In this document: in pieces, positions 38,410 to 47,605 of the stretch
How positions within the stretch are numbered: position 1 is the first letter of the stretch
How the letters are laid out: every line of letters starts with the position of its first letter
Assembly: GCA_964482725.1 (NCBI GenBank)
Contig: CAYZYT010000005.1
Span: forward strand, 24,133-88,132
Direction of reading: 5' to 3'
Length of the DNA: 64,000 nucleotides
DNA from: an uncultured bacterium
GTDB lineage: Bacteria; Omnitrophota; Omnitrophia; Omnitrophales; Aquincolibacteriaceae
Notes under the pieces: generated by a model
Databases searched by the model: none
What the model saw: the letters and a program-made list of their open reading frames with translations, nothing else
What the model was told of the DNA's origin: nothing
Program-made: the position numbers and the translations under genes

Positions 38410-39222
38410 TTAATAGGCCCTGATCCGACGTTTGAATTCGTTCCAGGGAAAAAATTTTCCGGGGCATTCCGTCGCAGCGCCAGGCACATCGCGATGCCCG
38501 ACAACGTTCTGATCGGGAATGTTATAAAAGCTCTGAAGGGTCACAACCAAAAAAACCAACGAGTCATACATCTTATCGGGAAGACCCGTCTCGCTATAAT
38601 TGCCCACGACACATATCCCGATCGCTTTCTTGTTCCAATCCCCCTGCTTGGTATGCGCCCCATCCGATTGCTTCAGCCAGCGAGGACCGACTTCGATCTG
38701 CCCCATCGCCTTTCCGCGGGTGCCGTTATCGATCAGAAAATCATATCCCATTCCGTTATCCCATCCTCGCTGAAGATGAAGTTGGTCGATTTTGAAGGCG
38801 CTGCCTTGGTCGGTTGCCGTGTGATGGATCACGACATGCGTCCACCTCGTGGTCGGATAAAGCGGGATGTTTGCCCGAGGGCCCCGCGTATTCGGGATCA
38901 AAAGCTTCATCCCCTTTTTGAGCTGCGTCTTGCTCGTTAAATGATTGACGCGCATGATCGTTGCCATATCCACACTGTAGATCGTTGAGATGCGCCAGAG
39001 AGTCTCGTAGGGTCCAACTTCATGATAGATGTCGTGCAGAGCTCCCGACGGAGCCGGAAGCACCGTCGTGATGGCAGAGACCGGTCGCGGAGACAGATAC
39101 GTCGTCGTACGACTCGGAGAGGATGAAGCGCAGCCAGAAAGAAAGCTCGCACCTGCTAAAAGGACGATCACCGCCCAGGCTGGCATGCTCGGAGATCTGC
39201 TTGCGGCTATTTGTGGAAACAC
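38410..39222 (-). CDS. N-acetylmuramoyl-L-alanine amidase (amidase_2/PGRP fold) with LysM domain, secreted
   Basis: Signal peptide, LysM (YHEVGPYETLWRISTIYSVDMATIMRVNHL...GMKLLIP), then amidase_2 blocks (VVIHHTAT..., GYDFLID, GHRDV...ECPG). Confidence 0.82.
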   Translation of the reverse strand: MFPQIAASRSPSMPAWAVIVLLAGASFLSGCASSSPSRTTTYLSPRPVSAITTVLPAPSGALHDIYHEVGPYETLWRISTIYSVDMATIMRVNHLTSKTQLKKGMKLLIPNTRGPRANIPLYPTTRWTHVVIHHTATDQGSAFKIDQLHLQRGWDNGMGYDFLIDNGTRGKAMGQIEVGPRWLKQSDGAHTKQGDWNKKAIGICVVGNYSETGLPDKMYDSLVFLVVTLQSFYNIPDQNVVGHRDVPGAATECPGKFFPWNEFKRRIRAY

Positions 39223-39283
39223 TTATGAGACCTTCATAGCTATTTATTTACGCCCAAAAACCCCTGAGCTTGAGCCTGATTTT

Positions 39284-42157
39284 TTAGCCGCGTGTCTTCA
39301 AAAAAGCGGCTATCTTCTTTTGAAAAGAGCTGAATCCCGTCGCGAGGTTTGCTCCAAGATCGACCGCAAGGATTGGAAGGCCTTTACTGGAGATCGCCTC
39401 ATAATCCCCCATCGCCTGGGCCCGCTTGAGCTGGCTGAACCCATAGACCTCGCCCGGGATTTTCACATCTTTCAAGTCCTTCACAAAAAACTCAACAAAG
39501 ATACCTTGCTTCGGTCCGCCTTTGTAAAGCTGGCCGATCGAATGCAGATACCGCGGTCCAAAGCCGGAGAGTACCGGGACTTTCAATCCGGAGGCCATCG
39601 ATTTCTGTAACCCCTGGAGAGATTTCTTTGTGACGGATGAGCGGTCCACATACGCCAGAAGTGACACAAAACCGTTCTTGGGAAGTTGAGAGAAAAAAGC
39701 CCCCAGTATTTTCTTATCGCCTGGGGTGAGTGACGCGCCTTTAGCGAGCAGGAGTTTCCCAGGCTTCGGCAGAGCTTTTTTCTTTTTCACATCCTCTAAA
39801 AGCCGGCTGGTGATGTTCTTGGATTCTGTCACGTTCGGCTCGTCGAAGGGATTGACCTTGAGTACCACGCTCGCAAAACTCGTCGCGACTTCCCAGCGCA
39901 GAAACTCCCCTCCCACATTCGATCCATCACTCCACACAAAATCCAGGACCGGAAATCCCTTAGCCTTCAGTCCCTTGATCCGGGCCGCCCAAAGTTTTTC
40001 ATTTTGACCTTTGAGACGCAGCATCACGAATACGCGATCGCTGCCATACCGATCCAGGCTTAGCGGCATTTCATTCGCGACCGGCGTAATACCCTTGCCG
40101 TCTTTTCCCGTGCTCTCGGCGATCAATTGTTCGGCCCAATCCGCGAAAGACGCCAGCTCCGGAGAGGTCCAGAAAGTCAGTTTGTCTTTTCCCTTGAGGG
40201 CCAATGCCCCTAAGAGGATCCCCAACGCGATCCCCTCGTTCTTGGAAATATCTTTCGTCGCCCGCATGGCATCGAGAAAACGCTGGGCATCGTCAAGGAC
40301 TTGCCGCACGTCGATCCCCAAAAGCGCGGCCGGCACAAGTCCGAAGAATGACAGCGCGGAATAACGGCCGCCAATATCCTGCGGGTTCAGAAAAAGTCCC
40401 CCGAAGGACTTGCTGCGTCCCAGAGTTTCCAGAGGAGAGCCATGGTCGGTGATGATCACGAATCGCTCCGCCGCTTTATTTTCATCGTTCTTGTAGAACT
40501 TTTTCACACGATCAAAGAAATACTGATATTGCGAGCGCGTCTCGATCGTGGAACCGGACTTGCTCCCGACGAGGAACATCGTGGAAGGATAGCGAACGAT
40601 CTTTTCGACTTTAAGGATACTGGCCGGGTCCGTGGTATCGAGAAGATGGAACCGGATCCCTTGGAGCGCCCCCTTCACCTTATGAGCGGGCTTCTTGAGA
40701 ATGAGAGACAACACTTCCGCCGCGAGGCTGGATCCGCCCATACCCAGGAGGACAATATCGCGGACCTTTCCTTTGAAAAGTTTTTCCTGCAATTGATCGA
40801 TCTCGTAAAGCTTGCCGGTGATCTTCTCGCAGTTGTCCACCCAACCGAGACGATTGAGGATCACTTTTTGGTGAGCCGCGTCATTCGACCAAAGCGTCGG
40901 ATCCTTCGCAAGCCAGCGGGCATGGATATCTTTTTTCGCGAGCTGCGCGAACGTATCAGCCACGTTTTTTTCAAGGCTTGCCGGTAAGGAACAATTCACT
41001 TTGACGGGTGAGGCCATTTGGGAGTCTCTTTTCTTTTCCAAGGTTGTCATGAGGGATTCAAAAGAATTCACGAACGATTTCACACCGTCCTTCTGCAGAC
41101 GATCGCAGACGGCATGAATATCAATGCCAAAGCTTTTGAGGCCTGTGATCGCTGCCTCGGCCTCCGGGATATTCTCCTCCACAGTCCCCGGGCGGATCTC
41201 GCCATGCGCCAAGACTGCTTCCCAGGTATTTTGGGGGAGTGTATTCACGGTATTTTTTCCGACCAAGGTTTCCACATAAATCAGATCCGAATAAGCGGCG
41301 TTTTTGCAACTCGTGCTGGCCCAAAGAGGTTTCTGGACACAGGCGCCTTGACTTTTCAGTGCCTGAAAGCGAGAGGAACCGAAAAGGTCCTTGAAAGCCT
41401 GATAGACCTTCTTGGAGTTCGCGATCGCGGCTTTCCCCTTAAGATCATTCAGAAGCATCCGCTTGGCTGCATCCCCCTCAGTCGCAAGCTTGGCATCAAG
41501 CTGTTTATCGATGTCCGTATCGATCCTGCTGACAAAAACACTTGCCACCGAATGGACCTTAGAAAGATCGCCACTTTTTTTTGCAAAGATCTCAAGCCCG
41601 TCCAAATAGGCGCCGGCGACATCCCTGTAATTCTTTTGGGAGAAAATAAGCGTCACATTGACATTGATCCCCTCACCGATGAGACGGCGGACGGCAGCAA
41701 CACCTTGTTCCGTCGCCGGCACTTTGATCATCACGTTCGGACGGTTCACGAGACGAAAAAGCCGCCTTGCCTCCTCGACTGTCGCTTCCTCGTTGAAAGC
41801 GAGATTCGGAAGGACTTCGAGGCTCACGAAGCCATGTTCGCCGCCGGTCTTTTTGAATACGGGAAGGAAAAGATCGCAAGCCTCACGAATGTCGCTGATG
41901 GTCAGGGCATCATAGATCTCGACCGTGCTCGCCCCGCGCTTCAGAAGTTTCTGTATGTCCTGCTCATAACCTTCGCCCTGGCTGATCGCCTGCTGAAAAA
42001 TAGAGGGATTGGAAGTCACGCCGAGAAGACCGCTATCTTCGATGTAGGCCTGAAGCGTTCCGGATCTCAAAAGCTTTCGGCTGATGGTATCCAGCCACGG
42101 GCCCTGCCCGGCCTTATAGAGTTCAACGCTCGGCAAATTCGTCATGACTGTTTCCAT
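39284..42157 (-). CDS. tal-pgi: bifunctional transaldolase / glucose-6-phosphate isomerase fusion
   Basis: N-terminal transaldolase motifs (GVTSNPSIF, MIKVPAT, INVNVTLIFS) and C-terminal PGI motifs (GMGGSSLAAEV, VGSKSGSTIETR). Confidence 0.82.
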   Translation of the reverse strand: METVMTNLPSVELYKAGQGPWLDTISRKLLRSGTLQAYIEDSGLLGVTSNPSIFQQAISQGEGYEQDIQKLLKRGASTVEIYDALTISDIREACDLFLPVFKKTGGEHGFVSLEVLPNLAFNEEATVEEARRLFRLVNRPNVMIKVPATEQGVAAVRRLIGEGINVNVTLIFSQKNYRDVAGAYLDGLEIFAKKSGDLSKVHSVASVFVSRIDTDIDKQLDAKLATEGDAAKRMLLNDLKGKAAIANSKKVYQAFKDLFGSSRFQALKSQGACVQKPLWASTSCKNAAYSDLIYVETLVGKNTVNTLPQNTWEAVLAHGEIRPGTVEENIPEAEAAITGLKSFGIDIHAVCDRLQKDGVKSFVNSFESLMTTLEKKRDSQMASPVKVNCSLPASLEKNVADTFAQLAKKDIHARWLAKDPTLWSNDAAHQKVILNRLGWVDNCEKITGKLYEIDQLQEKLFKGKVRDIVLLGMGGSSLAAEVLSLILKKPAHKVKGALQGIRFHLLDTTDPASILKVEKIVRYPSTMFLVGSKSGSTIETRSQYQYFFDRVKKFYKNDENKAAERFVIITDHGSPLETLGRSKSFGGLFLNPQDIGGRYSALSFFGLVPAALLGIDVRQVLDDAQRFLDAMRATKDISKNEGIALGILLGALALKGKDKLTFWTSPELASFADWAEQLIAESTGKDGKGITPVANEMPLSLDRYGSDRVFVMLRLKGQNEKLWAARIKGLKAKGFPVLDFVWSDGSNVGGEFLRWEVATSFASVVLKVNPFDEPNVTESKNITSRLLEDVKKKKALPKPGKLLLAKGASLTPGDKKILGAFFSQLPKNGFVSLLAYVDRSSVTKKSLQGLQKSMASGLKVPVLSGFGPRYLHSIGQLYKGGPKQGIFVEFFVKDLKDVKIPGEVYGFSQLKRAQAMGDYEAISSKGLPILAVDLGANLATGFSSFQKKIAAFLKTRG

Positions 42158-42256
42158 GGTTCCCTTTCTAAATATTTATGAGATTTTCAAGAACTTCGGA
42201 GGGGTTAAAAAACGCGAAAGTATAGCATAGCGGGCCTGCCCGGTTCAATGGAGCTT

Positions 42257-43369
42257 TCACCCAAATTTGAGATCGGGTCTCGATCCCGGATCAAACCGGT
42301 CCAGCGCCTGACGGATCCTGGCGATCAGCTCCCGGACCCCTTGTTTTTGGGTGGCCGAAATGAGAACCGCCTCCGGAAAAACATCCTGGATCCTGGCCTT
42401 CTCAGGATCCCCCAAAAGATCCGTCTTGTTGAGAGCAAGAAGCCTCGGCCTTGCCTCGGCACCCAACTCTTTTAAGACCTCGTCCACCACACGCTTATGC
42501 TGTACGGCATGTTCGCTCGCGGCATCAACCACGAGCAAGATCAGATCCGCATCAAGCACCTCTTCTAAGGTCGCGTGGAACGCCTTCACAAGCCCGTGCG
42601 GTAGATTGCGAATGAATCCCACGGTATCAGAGAAAAGAATCCCCGGACCTCGGCCGTCCTCATAGATCCGCGTCTTGGGATCGAGCGTGGCAAACAGCTT
42701 ATCTTCAACATACGCGTCCGCACCGGTCAACGCATTCAAAAGAGTGGATTTTCCGGCATTCGTGTATCCAACGATTGCAACCTGCCGAAGACCTTTTTGA
42801 CGGCGGCCTTTACGGATCTGCGAGCGATGCGTCCTCAACTTCTCTAGCTGTTCTTTGATAGACTCAATGCGCCTCTGGATCTTGCGGCGGTCCACCTCCT
42901 TCATTTGTTCACCGGGCCCGCGAGTCCCGATCCCGCCTCCGAGACGCGATAGAACCACACCCAACCCCAGAAGTCGCGGCAATAGATATTGCATCTGCGC
43001 AAGCTCGACCTGGAGTTTCCCGTCGCTTGAGACCGCGCGCCGCGCAAAAATATCCAGGATGAGCCCGGTCCGGTCCACAACCCGGACACCGCATTCCGTC
43101 TCGAGATTCCGCGCCTGGACCGGCGTGAGATCCACGCTGAAGATAAGCACTTTGGCTCCGGTTTTTGCGATCTCCTCGCGGATCTCTTGGATCTTCCCCC
43201 CGCGAATGTAGTGACTCGCACTCGGATGCGGGATGCTCGCCGTGAGGCTCGCAACCACGATCCCCTGCGCCGATTCGGTAAGCTCCGTCATTTCCTCAAG
43301 CACCTCCCGAAGATCCGGAAGATCGCGGGCACCGGTTTTAATAATGACAAGGCAGACTTTATCGCGCAT
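42257..43369 (-). CDS. hflX: GTPase HflX
   Basis: HflX N-domain plus G domain (GYTNAGKSTLLNALTG, DTVGF, NKTD). Start trimmed to MRDKV at 43369; the track ORF extends to 43417. Confidence 0.88.
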   Translation of the reverse strand: MRDKVCLVIIKTGARDLPDLREVLEEMTELTESAQGIVVASLTASIPHPSASHYIRGGKIQEIREEIAKTGAKVLIFSVDLTPVQARNLETECGVRVVDRTGLILDIFARRAVSSDGKLQVELAQMQYLLPRLLGLGVVLSRLGGGIGTRGPGEQMKEVDRRKIQRRIESIKEQLEKLRTHRSQIRKGRRQKGLRQVAIVGYTNAGKSTLLNALTGADAYVEDKLFATLDPKTRIYEDGRGPGILFSDTVGFIRNLPHGLVKAFHATLEEVLDADLILLVVDAASEHAVQHKRVVDEVLKELGAEARPRLLALNKTDLLGDPEKARIQDVFPEAVLISATQKQGVRELIARIRQALDRFDPGSRPDLKFG

Positions 43370-43384
43370 GGAAATCCAGGATGC

Positions 43385-43520
43385 AAGAAGCAGAGAGACA
43401 GAGAGGCATAGAAGCAAAGAAATACAGAAAAGGCTTGTCAGTCATTGCTTCTCTGCCTCTCTGTTTCTTGTTCCCCGTTTCGTGCCTCTTATTTTTTCTA
43501 TGCATCTATGCCTCTTACTT
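43385..43520. repeat. cluster of purine-rich GAGGCA/GAAGCAAAGAA repeats in both orientations (imperfect 25-bp inverted repeat)
   Basis: CAAGAAGCAGAGAGACAGAGAGGCATAGAAGCAAAGAAA, then its inverted partner TGCTTCTCTGCCTCTCTGTTTCTTG, then two further TGCCTCTT copies. The same motif family flanks ogt at 47045..47600. Confidence 0.5.
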
Positions 43521-44480
43521 CTTATTTTTCAGAAAGTTAGCTAAGATAAAATCAGAAACGCCCGCTAACGCGGCCGTTTCCGGCCACCAGACCCAACGAA
43601 TGTCCTTCTCGCGTTTAAACCAGGTCCATTGTCGTTTGGCAAAGTGACGCGTCGTTTGCTTGATCCGGTCTTTCACCTCCGAGGTGGCTTTCGGGTGAAG
43701 CATTTTTAGACCCTCCAGAACCTCTTTATAACCGACGCCTTGAAGCGCGGTTTTTGAAAGCTTCTTCCTCGCGAGTTGTTTTACTTCGCGCACAAGCCCT
43801 TTGCGGAACATCGCCTCCACACGCCGGTTGATCTTCTGGTAAAGCGCGTCACGATCCCGGTGAATACCGATCACCATGGGTCTGTAACCCAGCTCACGCA
43901 GACCCGGTGTTTTCGGAGCTGAATCGGAGGCCTTCCTCCCCGACACAAGATAGATCTCCAAGGCTCGTACGATACGCCTCTGGTTATGCGGTCCAATAGA
44001 CTTTGCCCTTAAGGGATCCACCTTAAGAAGACGTCTATAGAGGGCCGGCAAGCCCTTTGCCAGGGCCTCCCGCTCGAGTTCCCGCCGTATAGTGGCATGC
44101 GTGCCCGGTAGAGGAGAAAGCCCCTCCAAGAGGGCTCTAACGTAAAATCCGGTCCCCCCGGCTACGATGGGGACTTTGCCCCTTCGGACGATATCCTTGA
44201 TGGTCTTGAGGGCAAACTGGCGGTAGGCAAAAACCGAGAAAGTCTTCGTGGGAGGGATTAGATCGATCCCATGGTGCGGGATACCACCGCGTTCTTTCTG
44301 TGTGGGTTTCGCGGTCCCGACGTCCATTCCCTTATAGATCAGCATGGAGTCGGCGGACACGACCTCGCCGTCGAGCTTTTTTGCAAGCGCAACCGCAAGC
44401 GCCGACTTCCCTGAGGCGGTAGGACCAACCATGAAAAGAACCAAAGACGGTGTCAAAGTGTCAAAGTGTCTGTGTGTCAA
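43515..44480 (-). CDS. miaA: tRNA dimethylallyltransferase
   Basis: GPTASGKS P-loop plus the DSMLIYKGMDVGTAKP block. The first roughly 10 codons overlap the inverted repeat of the upstream four-helix-bundle element. Confidence 0.88.
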   Translation of the reverse strand: MTHRHFDTLTPSLVLFMVGPTASGKSALAVALAKKLDGEVVSADSMLIYKGMDVGTAKPTQKERGGIPHHGIDLIPPTKTFSVFAYRQFALKTIKDIVRRGKVPIVAGGTGFYVRALLEGLSPLPGTHATIRRELEREALAKGLPALYRRLLKVDPLRAKSIGPHNQRRIVRALEIYLVSGRKASDSAPKTPGLRELGYRPMVIGIHRDRDALYQKINRRVEAMFRKGLVREVKQLARKKLSKTALQGVGYKEVLEGLKMLHPKATSEVKDRIKQTTRHFAKRQWTWFKREKDIRWVWWPETAALAGVSDFILANFLKNKK

Positions 44481-44842
44481 AGCTTTGAACGAACTCCGCG
44501 AATAAACGCCGTCAAGAGAAAACCTAATTCGCGCCGGTTTTTCTCAAGGGCTTCATAATCCATAGGGCTCAGATGCGTCAGATCTCTCGAAAACTCCAGC
44601 AAATACTCCGACTCTACTAAAGATCGGTTAGCTATATTAAGAAAATTCAAAAAATCTTTCTTACTGACACTGGCCTGACCTTCAACGATATTCAACGCAA
44701 CAGAAAGTGCCGCTCGCCGCAGCTGGGAGGTGATTCCGTACAACTCTTCGCGAGGGAACCTATTTGTAACCTTGTAGACCGCTAATGCATATTGATTTGC
44801 TTTGTCCCATACCTGGAGTTTTTTATAACCCTTGTCACTCAT
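44477..44842 (-). CDS. four-helix-bundle protein (23S rRNA intervening-sequence-type protein family)
   Basis: 121 aa with LQVWDKANQYALAVYKVTNRFPREELYGITSQLRRAALSVALNIVEG, the family signature. Its stop overlaps the miaA start (ATGA). It is flanked by inverted GGTGTCAAAGT-containing repeats at 44459..44494 and 44843..44880. Confidence 0.75.
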   Translation of the reverse strand: MSDKGYKKLQVWDKANQYALAVYKVTNRFPREELYGITSQLRRAALSVALNIVEGQASVSKKDFLNFLNIANRSLVESEYLLEFSRDLTHLSPMDYEALEKNRRELGFLLTAFIRGVRSKL

Positions 44843-44884
44843 ACTTTGACACCTTGATACTCTGATACTGTGACACGTTTTTTA

Positions 44885-46546
44885 TCACATCGATTCGGGT
44901 TGGGAGATACCGAGAAGCTCAAGGCCATTACGGAGAACGATGCGGGTGGCATCGGCCAAAAGAAGCCGTGCCTTGGTCAATTCTTTATCCTCGGTGACCA
45001 CACGGTGATGACTGTAGAACTTGTGAAAGTAGGCAGCCACTTGACGCAGGTAATCTGCAAGGCGATAGGGCTCCGTCGAGCGACTTGCCTGAATGAGATA
45101 CTCGGAAAATTGAGAAAGACAACCGATCAGCTCGGATTCTTCCGGGGACGCAAGCAGTTTAAGATCTACTTTTGCGGTAATATCCTGCTCGGCGTATTTC
45201 GACAGGCTGGCGATACGGGCATGGGCATATTGAAGATAATAGACGGGATTTTCCTGCGACTTTTCTTTCGCAAGATCAAGATCAAAATCCAGATGACTTT
45301 CCTGGCGTCGCATCACAAAGAAAAACCGCGCCGCGTCCACCCCGACCTCCTGATAAAGCTCCCGAAGCGTCACGAATTCCCCGGCACGCGTGGACATCCG
45401 CACCGGCTGTCCTTTCCTGAAAAGCGTGGTCAGCTGAACGATCCCGATATGAATGGCTTCCGGCGGATAGCCCAGCACCTGACAAGCGGCCTTGAGACGC
45501 GGGATATACCCGTGATGGTCCGGCCCCCAGAAATTGACAAGCATGTTGTAACCGCGCTCATATTTGGAAAGATGGTATGCAATATCCGGCGCCAGATAGG
45601 TGTATTCCCCCGTAGACTTTTTGACCACCCGGTCCTTGTCATCGCCAAGATCCGTCGAGCGGAACCAAAGCGCGCCTTCACTTTCATAAAGATAGCCCTT
45701 TTCTTTCAGGACCCCGAGCGCGTGCTCCACCTCATTTTTCGCATAGAGCGTCTTTTCGCTGAAGAAATGATCGAAATGAACCCGCATATTGGCGAGATCC
45801 TCTTCGATCGTGCCCATCAGATATTTCACCGCGTAAAGCCCGCAGTAGGCGACCGCCTTTTCTTCGAGATCTTTAAGAAGTGAATCTTTCTTTTCTTTTT
45901 CGATAATGTCGCGGGCGATCTCGCGAACATAATCCCCCTGATAACCCTCCTCCGGGAACGGCATTTCGATCCCCAAAAGTTCGTTATAACGAACCCAAAC
46001 ACTCTGGGCGAGCATTCGCATCTGCCGGCCGGCATCGTTCAGGTAATATTCGGAATGCACGGTGTGGCCCGTGAACTTGAGGATCCTCGCGAGACAATCA
46101 CCCACCGCGGCCTGGCGGCCGTGCGCGATCGTCAAGGGTCCCGTGGGGTTTGCGCTCACGAACTCCAGGATCGTTTTCTTCCCTTTTCCAAATTCCGAAC
46201 GGCCGTAATGCTGATCCTGTTTGTGGATCTCGAGGAGCACAGCACCGAGGTCTTCTTTCCGGAGATAGAAGTTGATGAATCCTCCCCCCGCCAACTCAGT
46301 TTTTTCCACGGGAGAATCCTTAGCGGGCATTTGCTCCAGAAGACTCAAAAGCCCGGCGGCGATCTCGGAAGGTTTCTGGCGTGTCACCTTGGCAAGTTTG
46401 AACGCCACATTACAGGAAAGGTCCCCGTGCTGGCTGTCTTTAGGAGGATGGAGATCGTAGCTGAAATTGTCTGGCAATATTGCACCCTGAGCGACGCAAT
46501 AGTCACGAAGAATGGACTGTAGGATCGTTTCTATGGATTTTTTCAT
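44885..46546 (-). CDS. argS: arginine--tRNA ligase
   Basis: 553 aa with the class I HIGH-type region, an anticodon-binding DALR-like C-terminus and overall ArgS layout. Confidence 0.9.
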   Translation of the reverse strand: MKKSIETILQSILRDYCVAQGAILPDNFSYDLHPPKDSQHGDLSCNVAFKLAKVTRQKPSEIAAGLLSLLEQMPAKDSPVEKTELAGGGFINFYLRKEDLGAVLLEIHKQDQHYGRSEFGKGKKTILEFVSANPTGPLTIAHGRQAAVGDCLARILKFTGHTVHSEYYLNDAGRQMRMLAQSVWVRYNELLGIEMPFPEEGYQGDYVREIARDIIEKEKKDSLLKDLEEKAVAYCGLYAVKYLMGTIEEDLANMRVHFDHFFSEKTLYAKNEVEHALGVLKEKGYLYESEGALWFRSTDLGDDKDRVVKKSTGEYTYLAPDIAYHLSKYERGYNMLVNFWGPDHHGYIPRLKAACQVLGYPPEAIHIGIVQLTTLFRKGQPVRMSTRAGEFVTLRELYQEVGVDAARFFFVMRRQESHLDFDLDLAKEKSQENPVYYLQYAHARIASLSKYAEQDITAKVDLKLLASPEESELIGCLSQFSEYLIQASRSTEPYRLADYLRQVAAYFHKFYSHHRVVTEDKELTKARLLLADATRIVLRNGLELLGISQPESM

Positions 46547-46560
46547 CGGACAATTTCAGT

Positions 46561-46635
46561 GGATGGAGGATAGCGGATGGAGGATGGCGTCAAACCGCAT
46601 GCTTTTGTTTTACGCCTTCCGCCATCCACCCTCCG
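46561..46635. repeat. G-rich/C-rich hairpin repeat element, copy B (15 bp upstream of the argS start codon)
   Basis: GGATGGAGGATAGCGGATGGAGGATGGCG ... CGCCTTCCGCCATCCACCCTCC. Same orientation as copy A relative to the minus-strand genes. Confidence 0.55.
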
Positions 46636-46646
46636 ATATACGTTTT

Positions 46647-46979
46647 TTAAATTTTTTTCGCTTCTCCCCAAAGCCGCTCGAGGCCGTAGAATTCGCGGGT
46701 TTCATGGTAGAAAATATGCGCGATCACCGACCCAAAATCAAGCAACACCCACTTACCCTCGGTCAGACCCTCGACATGAAAGGCCGGCATCTTCTTCTGC
46801 TTCATATCGTCCATCAGATGCATCGCGATGGACTTCACATGCCGGTCGCTATTCCCATGACAGATCAGGAAATAATGCGCGATGCTGCAATGTTTGGAGA
46901 TGTCAAGAAGCACCGGGTCTTCGGCCTTCTTATCTTCCACAAGCGTTCGTAATAATTCGGCGATCTTTTTAGGTTGCAC
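46647..46979 (-). CDS. rsfS: ribosomal silencing factor RsfS (Iojap family)
   Basis: HYFLICHGNSDRHVKSIA...FHVEGL...WVLLDFGSVIAHIF. Start reassigned to the GTG at 46979, preceded by AAGGTGA; the track ORF extends to 47030. Confidence 0.78.
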   Translation of the reverse strand: MQPKKIAELLRTLVEDKKAEDPVLLDISKHCSIAHYFLICHGNSDRHVKSIAMHLMDDMKQKKMPAFHVEGLTEGKWVLLDFGSVIAHIFYHETREFYGLERLWGEAKKI

Positions 46980-47088
46980 TGTTAACTCACCTTTTCGTAA
47001 GGAGCCTCGACGCAAGAAGCATGGAGGCAAGATTAAAAATTCAACGAATTATAGAGGCAAAGAGGCATGGAAGCAAAGAAAAACGGAC

Positions 47089-47556
47089 CTACAAGAGACC
47101 TTCCCCTCTTAACAAATACAACTTCCATTCGGTTCCGCGAGAGTATTTCCCGACATCACCACTCGCTTTAACAACTCGATGACAGGGCACAAAGACAGGC
47201 ACTCGATTGTTCTTCATTGCATTGCCAACGGCACGCCCCGCATCTTTGAATCCGCTTCTTCGAGCGAGCTCGGAATAGCTCACGAGACTGCGTCCGACAC
47301 GGCTGAGCGCCTCATAGACCTTTCTCTGAAACGGCGTCAAGACGCTTGAGTCTATCTTGACACATTCTAGCGGGATCCCGGGATCACGAAAGTAACGGCT
47401 CAACATTTTTCCGGCATTCCTAAGGAATGGCGTCACCCGACGAGGCAACCGGCTGGGAATGGAGAATTGCTCTGGAAAATGAACGGCTGAGAGACCGTGC
47501 GAATTCGCTTCCAATAAAAAAACTCCCGCGTTTGTTTTTACGAATAGTTTTTCCAT
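47089..47556 (-). CDS. ogt: methylated-DNA--protein-cysteine methyltransferase
   Basis: VPCHRVV active-site PCHR motif and a helix-turn-helix upstream (YSELARRSG). Confidence 0.85.
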   Translation of the reverse strand: MEKLFVKTNAGVFLLEANSHGLSAVHFPEQFSIPSRLPRRVTPFLRNAGKMLSRYFRDPGIPLECVKIDSSVLTPFQRKVYEALSRVGRSLVSYSELARRSGFKDAGRAVGNAMKNNRVPVFVPCHRVVKASGDVGKYSRGTEWKLYLLRGEGLL

Positions 47557-47605
47557 CGGTCCAGATCTCTGCTTCTTTGCTTCCCTGCCCCTTGCATCTT
47601 GAATT

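Noticed and set aside
43370-43417. N-terminal 16 aa of the hflX track ORF (MLLCLSVSLLLASWIS)
   Set aside because: It overlaps the palindromic intergenic repeat. The conserved HflX N-domain begins at MRDKV (43369).
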